From: Gammaproteobacteria bacterium
Lineage (GTDB): Bacteria; Pseudomonadota; Gammaproteobacteria; Steroidobacterales; Rariloculaceae
Assembly: GCA_036381015.1 (NCBI GenBank)
Contig: DASVDR010000045.1
Location: 2,537-66,536 of the forward strand
Length of the DNA stretch: 64,000 bases
Direction of reading: 5' to 3'
In this document: in pieces, positions 37,847 to 46,512 of the stretch
Position numbering within the stretch: position 1 is the first letter of the stretch
How the letters are laid out: every line of letters begins with the position of its first letter
The notes under the pieces: generated by a model
The model's input: only the letters and a program-made list of their open reading frames with translations
Database searches by the model: none
Told to the model about the DNA's origin: nothing
Translations under genes and position numbers: made by a program

Positions 37847-39205
37847 ATGCGCGGCCTGCAGCTTCTGCTCGTGCCGGTCATCGGCGCCCTGTCGGCATGC
37901 TCCACGTCGGAGGTACTCGTCGCGCATGCCGTCGACCTGGTGCCGGCGCGCCACACGATTCCCGAAGAGGAGCTCCTCGACGTGGGCGTCGCGGTCTTCG
38001 ATCCTGGTGTCCCCGAAGGCCGAATCTCGAAGGACGTGCTCGAGGAGCTGCTCGAAGAGGGCACGTTCGTGAACATTCGCCGCACCGAAGCCGTGCACAT
38101 GGCGGTGCAATTACGCGACACTCTGCAACGGAGCGGCCACTGGGGCTCGGTGTGGGTCACGCCGAAGCCCTCCACGGCGGCCGACTTGAACGTCACCGCG
38201 CGCATACTTCAATCCGACGGCGACGTGGTTCAGGTCGAGGTCAAAGCGGTGGATGCCGCGGGGCGCGTGTGGATCGACCGACCGTACGAGCTCGAGACGG
38301 CGAGCGGCGTGTACAACCGCCAGCGATTCCCGAACCTTGATCCCTATCAGGACTTGTTCAATTCCATCGCGAACGATCTCGCCGCTGCGCGCGCGCGGCT
38401 CGGCGACGGAACGGCGCGCGAGATCCGGACGATTTCGGCGCTGCGGTACGCCGCGGATCTGGTCCCCGGACAGTTCGGCCGCTACGTCGCTTCGAGCGAC
38501 GACGGAACCTACGAGCTGCGACGACTCCCGGCGGTCGGCGACCCGATGTTCGTGCGCACGCAACAAGCGCGGCAGCGAGAGCGCTTTTTCCTCGAAACGT
38601 TGAACGGTCACTATGACGGATTCGCGCAACAGGTGACGCCCTCGTACGACGGTTGGCGCGAGTACGCGCGGGAAGAGGCGATCGCAGTACGCGAATCGCT
38701 GCGCGGCGCCCGATGGCGCAAGGCGCTCGGCCTCACGATGATGGCCATGTCCATCGCTTCGATCATGAACGGCGGCGGGGATATGAACAGCTTCTCGCAT
38801 CGCGCCGTGCGCGACGGGCTGATGATGATGAGCACGGGCATGCTGGACATGAGCGCCATGCGCCTGCAGGAGAGCCGCATCCATGCGGAGGCGCTCGAGG
38901 AGCTCTCGTCGAGCTTCGACGACGACGTCGCGCCGATGGTCGTGGCGATCGGCGGCGTCGTGCATCGTCTGACGGGCACCGCCGAAGCGCAGTACGCCGA
39001 GTGGCGGACGCTGCTGCGGCGGCTTTTCCGGAGCGAGGCCGGCTTCGGGCCCGAGGACGTCGAGATCTATACGGAGGCCGAAACGCCGGTCGAGCCCGAA
39101 GACCCGGCGCCGGCCCTTCCCGGAGCCGACGGGGCGGCCGTTCCCTGGGCCGAGCCGACGGCGGAGGCCGAGGCCCAGCCCGTCGCGACGCCTGCTCGGC
39201 ATTGA
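37847..39205 (+). CDS. Hypothetical lipoprotein
   Basis: GGAGG RBS; MRGLQLLLVPVIGALSA-C lipobox; Pro/Ala/Glu-rich tail. Confidence 0.8.
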   Translation: MRGLQLLLVPVIGALSACSTSEVLVAHAVDLVPARHTIPEEELLDVGVAVFDPGVPEGRISKDVLEELLEEGTFVNIRRTEAVHMAVQLRDTLQRSGHWGSVWVTPKPSTAADLNVTARILQSDGDVVQVEVKAVDAAGRVWIDRPYELETASGVYNRQRFPNLDPYQDLFNSIANDLAAARARLGDGTAREIRTISALRYAADLVPGQFGRYVASSDDGTYELRRLPAVGDPMFVRTQQARQRERFFLETLNGHYDGFAQQVTPSYDGWREYAREEAIAVRESLRGARWRKALGLTMMAMSIASIMNGGGDMNSFSHRAVRDGLMMMSTGMLDMSAMRLQESRIHAEALEELSSSFDDDVAPMVVAIGGVVHRLTGTAEAQYAEWRTLLRRLFRSEAGFGPEDVEIYTEAETPVEPEDPAPALPGADGAAVPWAEPTAEAEAQPVATPARH

Positions 39206-39339
39206 CCTTCCAATCATAGGAAGGCTCATCCTTAGCCGGCGCGGCCTGGCGGGCCCTCGCCTGGAGGCTGCACATGTCGGCGTCGCACCGGCGGCGCCGG
39301 CTTGCTAGAGTGCGGTCTGGATCCCGCGGACACGAACCG

Positions 39340-39942
39340 ATGACGGCGCTGGAGCACCTCCGAAAGCGCAAACGCATCGCGTCAGGCTTGCTGACGCCGC
39401 TGCTCGCGCTCGCGTGGCTCGGCGCTTCGGCCACGCCCTGCGTGGGCATGGGCATCGGCAAGGCGCGCGCGGCCGCGGAATCGCCGGCGGCGAGGGCCCG
39501 CGACGACGACCACGCCGACGGAGGCTTCGGCGGCAGCCGACACGCGCACTCGCAATTCGCCAGTGCGCTTTCGCAGCCCGCGCCGACGGCCGAGGAGCGC
39601 CATCGGACGTCGGCAAGCCATGCCGGCCATGCCGGGCACATGCCCCCCGCAAGACCCGCTCACGACGAGACGGGGCACGATCACGGCCACTGCCCGCACT
39701 GCCCGCCGTCGCCGGCCCCGGCTGACGACACGCACGTCGCATGTGCCACCTCTCTGCAAACGGCCGACCTCATGGGCGGCGAGCCCGGCCAGATCGATCT
39801 ACAGCACCTGATTCCGATCGCGATCGCCGCGGCCCCGTCGCCCGCACCGCCGGGCGTCGTTCGTTGCCGGGAAGCCTTCCGCGACGGAGGACCGGCGCCG
39901 CCGGTCCCGCTCAACGTCCGCTACTGCGTCTTCCTGAATTGA
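39340..39942 (+). CDS. His-rich exported protein (DUF2946-like) upstream of copA
   Basis: Hydrophobic N-terminal segment, HAGHAGH...HDHGHCPHCP, C-terminal PPVPLNVRYCVFLN. Confidence 0.65.
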   Translation: MTALEHLRKRKRIASGLLTPLLALAWLGASATPCVGMGIGKARAAAESPAARARDDDHADGGFGGSRHAHSQFASALSQPAPTAEERHRTSASHAGHAGHMPPARPAHDETGHDHGHCPHCPPSPAPADDTHVACATSLQTADLMGGEPGQIDLQHLIPIAIAAAPSPAPPGVVRCREAFRDGGPAPPVPLNVRYCVFLN

Positions 39943-40128
39943 ATCGACTTCCCTGAGCTCGCGGCCCGGGCGGCCGCGCCGGCATGCCGCCGGCGAGGAA
40001 TCCGGGCCGAGCCGCTCGCGCGTCACGCCGCCCGCCTCGAACCGGCTCGCGGCGATCGATCCCGCGCTCTCAGCGATTTCTGCTCGACCGCATAAAACCG
40101 CGGCCGAGCCCCATGGGGACGCAAGACG

Positions 40129-42051
40129 ATGCCCGCCAAAACCGACTCATTCTCGAGTCTCGTCGAGCGCGCCGTAGACATGCGGCGGCGGCGATTTCTC
40201 GAAGGCCTTGCCGCGGGCGGCGTGCTCGCCGGCACCGGCCTGGTCCTTCCGTTGTCGGCCCTGACACGTTCCGCGCTCGCGGCGCCGCTCGCCGGAAGCT
40301 CGATCGAGCTGACGGTGGATCGGCATCCCGTGAACTTCACCGGGCAGCCGGGCACCGCCGTGCTCGTGAACGGCTCGCTGCCGGCCCCGCTGCTGCGATG
40401 GCGCGAAGGCGACACGGTATCGATTCGGGTGCACAACCGGCTTCCGGAGCCGACCTCGATCCATTGGCACGGCATCGTGCTGCCGGCGAACATGGACGGC
40501 GTCCCGGGATTGAGCTTTCGCGGCATCGCCCCGGGCGAGTCGTACGTCTATCGGTTCCAGGTCCGGCAGAGCGGGACATACTGGTACCACAGCCACTCGG
40601 GCTTTCAGGAGCAGGTGGGGCTTTACGGCCCGATCGTCATCGATCCTTTGGAGCCGGAGCCCTTCCGCTACGATCGCGAGCACGTCGTGATGCTTTCCGA
40701 CTGGACCGACCGCGATCCGCTCGACCTCTACAAGCTCCTGAAGAAGCAGTCCCATTACTTCAACTTCAACCGCCCTACGCTCGGCGACTTCGTGGCGGAC
40801 GCCAGGGAAGGAGGCTTCGGCGCGGCGCTTCGCGAGCGGCTCGCCTGGGGGCGGATGCGGATGTCGCCGGCGGATCTCGCCGATGTGGGCGGCTACGGCT
40901 ATACGTTTCTCGTGAACGGCCGACCTCCGGCGGGCAACTGGACCGGGACGTTCCGGCCGGGCGAACGCGTGCGGCTGCGCTTCATCAACGGCTCGGCCAT
41001 GACGTACTTCGACGTGCGAATCCCGGGGCTGCCGATGACGGTCGTCGCCGCGGACGGGCAGAACGTGCATCCCGTGACGGTCGACGAGTTCCGGATCGGC
41101 GTCGCCGAGACGCTCGACGTGATCGTCGAGCCGCGGGGCGCGGACGCGTTCACGATCTTTGCGCAGTCGATGGACCGCGCGGGCTATGCGCGCGGCACGC
41201 TGGCCGTGCGCGAAGGCCTCGACGCGCCGGTGCCCGCGCTCGACGAGGTCGTGTACCTGACGATGGCGGACATGGGCCACGCCGGCCACGCCGCGCATTC
41301 GACCGACGCAGGCGCCGACGGCGGCCACGCCGGCCATGCCGGGACCTCGGGCGCGCCGACCGCGACCCCGAGTGCGCACACCGGTCACTCGGGAACCGCG
41401 GGCGCGCACGGCGACCACGAAGAGACCGCCGCCGCGCAGAGCGGTGCGCCCGGTGCGCACGAGGGGCACGCCGCGTCGGCAAATGCAGTGCCGCCGCTCG
41501 ATGCGAGCACGGCCGCGGCTGCGTCCGTTCAGCGCCATCCGGCCAGCGAGAGCGGCAACCCCGGTGTCGACATGCAAACGACGTCGCCCGCGCCGCGCCT
41601 CGACGATCCGGGCGTCGGCTTGCGCGGCAACGGCCGGCGCGTGCTGACGTACGCCGACTTGCGGACGCTGCAAGCGGATCCGGACGGACGCGATCCCGGC
41701 CGAACGATCGAGCTGCACCTGACCGGGCACATGGGGCGCTACATGTGGTCGTTCGACGGCGTACCGTTCTCGCGCGCGGAGGAGGTGCCGCTTCGTTACG
41801 GCGAGCGCCTGCGCATCGTGCTCGTCAACGACACGATGATGGAGCACCCGATTCATCTTCACGGCATGTGGAGCGACCTCGAGGACGAGGAGGGCGCCTT
41901 TCACTTGCGCAAGCACACGGTCAGCATGCCGCCGGGCACGAGGCGCTCGTATCGGGTCACGGCCGACGCGCTCGGACGCTGGGCGTACCACTGCCATCTG
42001 CTGTATCACATGGAGGCCGGCATGTTCCGCGTCGTGCGCGTGGACGTGTAG
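40129..42051 (+). CDS. copA: Copper-resistance multicopper oxidase CopA
   Basis: Tat RRRRFLE; HWHG, WYHSH, HPIHLHG, HCHLLYHMEAGM copper motifs. Start may be 40180. Confidence 0.95.
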   Translation: MPAKTDSFSSLVERAVDMRRRRFLEGLAAGGVLAGTGLVLPLSALTRSALAAPLAGSSIELTVDRHPVNFTGQPGTAVLVNGSLPAPLLRWREGDTVSIRVHNRLPEPTSIHWHGIVLPANMDGVPGLSFRGIAPGESYVYRFQVRQSGTYWYHSHSGFQEQVGLYGPIVIDPLEPEPFRYDREHVVMLSDWTDRDPLDLYKLLKKQSHYFNFNRPTLGDFVADAREGGFGAALRERLAWGRMRMSPADLADVGGYGYTFLVNGRPPAGNWTGTFRPGERVRLRFINGSAMTYFDVRIPGLPMTVVAADGQNVHPVTVDEFRIGVAETLDVIVEPRGADAFTIFAQSMDRAGYARGTLAVREGLDAPVPALDEVVYLTMADMGHAGHAAHSTDAGADGGHAGHAGTSGAPTATPSAHTGHSGTAGAHGDHEETAAAQSGAPGAHEGHAASANAVPPLDASTAAAASVQRHPASESGNPGVDMQTTSPAPRLDDPGVGLRGNGRRVLTYADLRTLQADPDGRDPGRTIELHLTGHMGRYMWSFDGVPFSRAEEVPLRYGERLRIVLVNDTMMEHPIHLHGMWSDLEDEEGAFHLRKHTVSMPPGTRRSYRVTADALGRWAYHCHLLYHMEAGMFRVVRVDV

Positions 42052-42062
42052 GAGGAGTCACG

Positions 42063-42968
42063 ATGAAATCCGCCGACACGATCTTGCGCCGCGCGAAGCA
42101 AGGCCGCGGCAGGCAAGAAGAGACCGGCGAGCGCCGCGGAGCTTTCGTCGCCGCGGTCGCGGTCGGGGTCGCCGCGGTGGCGGCGCCGCTCGCGGCCACC
42201 GCTCAACACGTTCACGGCGCCGGCGATCAGCCGCACGGCACGCCGCCGTCGAGCACGCGCTACCCTCCCGCGACGTCCGCGGACCTCGAGGCCGCGTTCC
42301 CCGATCTCGGGCCGATCGAGCCGGACATGATGCTCGAGGAGCCCTTCAATACCTTCGTTCTGCTCGATCAGCTCGAGGTGCGGGACGCGGACGACGGCGA
42401 GATCGGAAGCTTCGAGCTTTCGGCGTGGGCCGGGCGCAGCCTGCGCCGCCTTTGGATTCGAAGCGAAGGGCAGCGGCGGTCCGGCGACACCGAGCATGCG
42501 GAGCTCGAGCTGCTCTGGGGACGAGCGTTCGCGCCCTGGTGGGACGTCGTGGCCGGCGTTCGCCGCGATTTCGAGCCCGGACCCGGCGAGAATTGGATGG
42601 CATTCGGTGTGCAGGGCCTCGCGCCGTATCGATTCGAGCTCGAGGCCACGGCGTATCTCGGCGAAGGCGGGCGCACGGCGGCACGAGTCGAGGCGCAGCA
42701 CGAGCTGCTGATCACGAATCGGCTCGTGCTCCAGCCGCTTCTCGAGCTGAACTGGTACGGCGACGACGATTCGTCCCGGGGAATCGGCTCGGGGCTCGCG
42801 AGCGCCGAGGCCGGCCTGCGGCTGCGCTACGAGTTTCGGCGCGAGATCGCGCCGTACGTCGGGCTCATGAGAGAGAAGAAGCTCGGAGACACCGCCGACC
42901 TCGCGCGCGCGGCCGGCGAAGACCCGAGCGAGACTCGATTCGTGGCCGGCATTCGCCTGTGGTTTTGA
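42063..42968 (+). CDS. copB: Copper-resistance outer-membrane protein CopB
   Basis: GGAGGAG RBS; DQLE, QGLAPY.FE, ELLITNRLVLQP, GLRLRYEFRRE.APYVG, terminal AGIRLWF. Confidence 0.92.
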   Translation: MKSADTILRRAKQGRGRQEETGERRGAFVAAVAVGVAAVAAPLAATAQHVHGAGDQPHGTPPSSTRYPPATSADLEAAFPDLGPIEPDMMLEEPFNTFVLLDQLEVRDADDGEIGSFELSAWAGRSLRRLWIRSEGQRRSGDTEHAELELLWGRAFAPWWDVVAGVRRDFEPGPGENWMAFGVQGLAPYRFELEATAYLGEGGRTAARVEAQHELLITNRLVLQPLLELNWYGDDDSSRGIGSGLASAEAGLRLRYEFRREIAPYVGLMREKKLGDTADLARAAGEDPSETRFVAGIRLWF

Positions 42969-42971
42969 TCG

Positions 42972-43104
42972 GAGACCGACTTCACGCTCGCTCTCCCTGC
43001 GCTCGCGCACGGGCATTACTCGATCGAATGGAGAGTGGTGGATCATCCTCGCGGGCGTGCTCGTGGCCACGGCCGCGATGACGGCGCTGTTTTCACCGGA
43101 GTGA
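42972..43104 (+). pseudogene. Fused remnants resembling copC (C-terminal part) and copD (extreme C-terminus)
   Basis: Frame from 42972: ETDFTLALPALAHGHYSIEWRVV. Frame from 43033: EWWIILAGVLVATAAMTALFSPE-stop. Neither has a start codon. Confidence 0.55.
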
Positions 43105-43135
43105 CCGCAGCACGAGGCGGGCTCGGGCAGAGGCT

Positions 43136-43624
43136 TCAGTTCGTGCTCGACGCTCCGTCGGTGTTGAACATGTCCCGGATCATCCGCCAGCTGCCGTCGG
43201 ACTGCCGGCGGTAGATGCGCAGGAAGTTGCCCGTGGTCGTACGGGACGGCCCGCCGGCCTTCGGCGTGGCCACGACCGTGAACGTGCCGCGTTGGTACGC
43301 CCAATCGCCCGCGACTTCCGTTTCGGCCGGCCTCCAGGTCTCGTCGATGTCGAATTGCTCGAAGAGGCGCGCGTTCGCCGCGTCGTTCGCCGCCTTGCCG
43401 ACGATCGGCGGTCGGTTCGGCGGCAGCATGATGTGGTCCTCGGTGGTGAGCGCGCTCAGAGCGGCGCTGTCGCCGGCGTTGATCGCCGCGAGATAGCGGG
43501 CATTGAAGTCGGCGATCGCCGCGAGATCGGCATCGGACGGCGGCGAGGAGCCGCCGTTCCCGCCGCAGGCCGCCGCGAGGACAGCGACGGCGGACGCCGC
43601 CGCGAGCTTCCCGGCCCTTTTCAC
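43136..43624 (-). CDS. DUF4440/NTF2-like (SnoaL-like) lipoprotein
   Basis: Lipobox LAAAC; AINAGD...L.TED.IMLPPNRPPIVG...GDWAYQRG...GNFLRIYRRQSDGSWRM. Confidence 0.85.
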   Translation of the reverse strand: MKRAGKLAAASAVAVLAAACGGNGGSSPPSDADLAAIADFNARYLAAINAGDSAALSALTTEDHIMLPPNRPPIVGKAANDAANARLFEQFDIDETWRPAETEVAGDWAYQRGTFTVVATPKAGGPSRTTTGNFLRIYRRQSDGSWRMIRDMFNTDGASSTN

Positions 43625-43631
43625 GCCGGCG

Positions 43632-44456
43632 CTACCACGGTGCGATAGTGCCGTCGTGGTTGAAGAAACGGCCGCTGTCCTCGAGGGTTGCCTTCTCGAT
43701 CGTCTCGATCATGCCGCGCACGCTCACATCCGTCTCGATCATGCCGGGATAGCCCTCGAGGTACGATTGGCGCTCGGTCAGCACGGGACCGGGGTTCAGC
43801 ATGACGACGGTGACGCCGTCGTCCTTTTCCTCGCGTGCGACGAGCTGCATCGCGCGGTTCAGCGCGGCCTTGCTCGCCCGGTAGAAGATTGCGCCCGAGC
43901 CCGCGAGAGGCTCGGTCAGCGAGCCGTTCGTGGAGCTGATCGCGACGATCTTGCGCTGCTCGCTCGCCTTCACGTGCTCGATGAACGCCTCCGAGACCAT
44001 CAGCGGCCCTTTGACGTTCACGGCCAGGATCGTGTCCAACAGCGGGAAGTAGAGGTTGCCGAACGTCTGATTGCTCCAGTCGCCGGGGCAGTCCTCGGAA
44101 TCGCAGGCGCTGCGGTCGTTGTATACGCCGGCATTGTTTAGCAGCACGTCGATCGGCACATCGGCGAGCTTCTCGGCGAGCGCGGCGATCTGGTCCGGCT
44201 TCGTGACGTCCAAGCGCTCGACCCGAACGTTGTCGTACTTCGATTGAAGCTCGGCGAGCGTGTCCGGTATCGACGACCGGCGATGCGTGGCGATGACGGT
44301 CCACCCTTTTGCCGCATACTGCTTCGCGAACTCGAGGCCGATGCCGGAATTCGAGCCGGTGATCAGCACCGTCTCAGCGAACGAGCCCGGCGCGCACAGG
44401 ATCGCGCCGGCGGCCAGGACCGACACGGCAAAAGCTTTCGGCATCCTCACGGTCAT
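43632..44456 (-). CDS. SDR oxidoreductase (CsgA/C-factor-like) with signal peptide
   Basis: MTVRMPKAFAVSVLAAGAILCAPGSFA-ETVLITGSNSGIG; NNAG; YRASK; HPG-like NPGPV. Confidence 0.85.
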   Translation of the reverse strand: MTVRMPKAFAVSVLAAGAILCAPGSFAETVLITGSNSGIGLEFAKQYAAKGWTVIATHRRSSIPDTLAELQSKYDNVRVERLDVTKPDQIAALAEKLADVPIDVLLNNAGVYNDRSACDSEDCPGDWSNQTFGNLYFPLLDTILAVNVKGPLMVSEAFIEHVKASEQRKIVAISSTNGSLTEPLAGSGAIFYRASKAALNRAMQLVAREEKDDGVTVVMLNPGPVLTERQSYLEGYPGMIETDVSVRGMIETIEKATLEDSGRFFNHDGTIAPW

Positions 44457-44619
44457 TCGATTTTCTCCCCGGCCTGGTGTGTTTCCGCGAAAGCGAATTC
44501 TAAAGTCTAACCCGAGCGGATTCAGCCCGACGGGTCGCCGTTCGACGCCGGCTCCCGGAGAAGCACGCGCTGGCACGTATCTTGCCGCGAAGCGGCAGGT
44601 CCGAGTCGAAGCTCCGCCC

Positions 44620-45909
44620 ATGCTCGAAACCCTGAGCGGCGCCGTGCCGGTGCCCTATTGGCTACTCGCGCTTCACCTGCTGATCACGCTCGTTCTGATC
44701 GCCGTCGTGTGGTCGCTGAAGCATCGCCGCGACCCGCATTACCGCATCGAGAGCGATGCGCCGATCGCGGAAATGATGCCGTCGATCGTCGGGCTCACGC
44801 ACGGCCAGATCGTTCCCGGCAACGCGGTCGACTTCGTCGAGAACGGCGCTTTCTTCGACGCGCTGCTGCGCGACATCGCGGCCGCAGAGCGGTCGATTCA
44901 CTTCGAGACGTTTTTGTGGAAGGCGGGGGAGATCGAGCGGCGCCTGGTCGAAGCGCTCGCCGCCCGGAGCCGAGCCGGCGTGCGCGTGCGTGTGCTCGTC
45001 GACGCGAACGGCGGCAAGGGCATGAGCGAGGAGGCGGAGCGCGTCCTGCGCACTTCGGGGTGCACTGTGGCGCGATATCACCCCGGCGGGCTGCGCTCGC
45101 TAGGCCGCCTGAACAGCCGCGACCACCGCAAGCTCGCGGTGCTGGATGGGCGGCTCGCGTACGTCGGCGGACACTGCGTCGTCGACAGCTGGCTCGGCGA
45201 TGCCGAGGACGCCGAGCATTTCCGCGACATCTCGGCGCGCCTTCGCGGGCCCGTCGTGCACGCGCTCCAGTCCGCGTTCAGCGAGACCTGGGTGGTGACG
45301 ACCGGCGAGCTTTTCGCCGGCGAGGATGTTTTTCCGACGCTCGAGCCGGAAGGCGACACGCCCGTGCATGTGGCGAGGCTCAGACTGTCGGGTACGGCGT
45401 CGAGCGTGAAGATTCTGCATCATCTCGCGATCTGCTGTGCCCAGGAGCGGATCACGATCCAGAACCCGTACTTCCTTCCGGATTCCGACGGCATCGACCT
45501 GCTCGCCCACGCCGTCCAGCGCGGTGTGCAGGTGCGCGTGATGACGCCGTCGAGCGGCGCGTCCGACTTGGCGATCGTGCAGCACGCCGCCCACTCGAAC
45601 TACGCGAAGCTGCTCTCGGCAGGCGTGCGGCTTTACGAGTACCGGAAGACGCTGCTGCACCAGAAGGTCATGGTCGTCGACGGCCGGTGGTGCGCTTTCG
45701 GCTCGAGCAACTTCGACGACCGCTCCTTCGAGATCAACGAGGAGATCGTGCTCGGCTTCGACGATCCGAGGATCGCCGAGCGGCTCGAGCAGATCTTCGA
45801 GCGCGATGCGAAGGATTGCGTCGAGCTCACGACCGACTCGTGGTCGAGGCGCAGCATCGGCCATCGGCTGCTGGACGGGACGTCGTACCTGCTGAAGGAG
45901 CAGCTATGA
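44620..45909 (+). CDS. cls: Cardiolipin synthase / phospholipase D family
   Basis: N-terminal TM helix; two HKD motifs HRKLAVLD and HQKVMVVD; GSSNFD. Confidence 0.9.
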   Translation: MLETLSGAVPVPYWLLALHLLITLVLIAVVWSLKHRRDPHYRIESDAPIAEMMPSIVGLTHGQIVPGNAVDFVENGAFFDALLRDIAAAERSIHFETFLWKAGEIERRLVEALAARSRAGVRVRVLVDANGGKGMSEEAERVLRTSGCTVARYHPGGLRSLGRLNSRDHRKLAVLDGRLAYVGGHCVVDSWLGDAEDAEHFRDISARLRGPVVHALQSAFSETWVVTTGELFAGEDVFPTLEPEGDTPVHVARLRLSGTASSVKILHHLAICCAQERITIQNPYFLPDSDGIDLLAHAVQRGVQVRVMTPSSGASDLAIVQHAAHSNYAKLLSAGVRLYEYRKTLLHQKVMVVDGRWCAFGSSNFDDRSFEINEEIVLGFDDPRIAERLEQIFERDAKDCVELTTDSWSRRSIGHRLLDGTSYLLKEQL

Positions 45910-45918
45910 CGGCAGCGC

Positions 45919-45943
45919 GGCGGCCGGCCGCTCGCCGGCCGCC
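45919..45943. terminator. GC hairpin between convergent genes
   Basis: GGCGGCCGGC-CGCTC-GCCGGCCGCC, perfect 10-bp stem. Confidence 0.5.
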
Positions 45944-46030
45944 CTAGCTTTGAATCCGTTTCGCTTCGGCCGCCGCCTTGTTCCGTGAACGGAATCGGTG
46001 CGCGGCTTCGGCCGCAAGCTCAGTCGGCTC

Positions 46031-46438
46031 TCAGGAGCGCTCCTCGATCAGCTCGAGGGCCCTTTGCAACAGCTGCGGGTCCGCGTTGACGGCTTGCACG
46101 ACCATGTTGTACTTCTCGGGCGTCCAGCCGCGTTCCGCGATCTTATCGAAGCTTTCTTGCTGCATGCGGACTTGAACGTCCTGCGCTTCCTGTTCCGTCT
46201 CGACGGCGGCAAGCTCCTCTTCGAACTTATTGAGCGTCGCCTCGAGGTCGACGTAGATGTCGGCGAAGGTCTCGAGATCCTCGTCGGACACGGCTGCTCC
46301 CTCCGGGGGTGTGTCCGGCGCCGGCTGCTCGGCCGGCGGTGCCGGCTGCTGCGGCGGCGGCGCCGGTTCCTGGCCGACCGCGATCGAGGTCAGTGCGAGG
46401 GCCGCCCCGGCCGCCAACGGCATCACTAGTCGTCTCAT
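46031..46438 (-). CDS. DUF4168 domain exported protein
   Basis: Signal peptide, Pro/Gln linker, VSDEDLETFA...KYNMVVQAVNADPQL. Confidence 0.78.
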   Translation of the reverse strand: MRRLVMPLAAGAALALTSIAVGQEPAPPPQQPAPPAEQPAPDTPPEGAAVSDEDLETFADIYVDLEATLNKFEEELAAVETEQEAQDVQVRMQQESFDKIAERGWTPEKYNMVVQAVNADPQLLQRALELIEERS

Positions 46439-46512
46439 CGGAACCTCCTGATTTGGAACGAGCAACGGGCTCTGCAAGTCGCGTGCCACGCGCTCGCGGC
46501 GCCCGAGCGCGA

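Noticed and set aside
39984-42968. 994-aa ORF suggesting a giant CopB fusion
   Set aside because: Only the last 301 codons are CopB (own RBS at about 42052); the rest is an alternative frame of copA.
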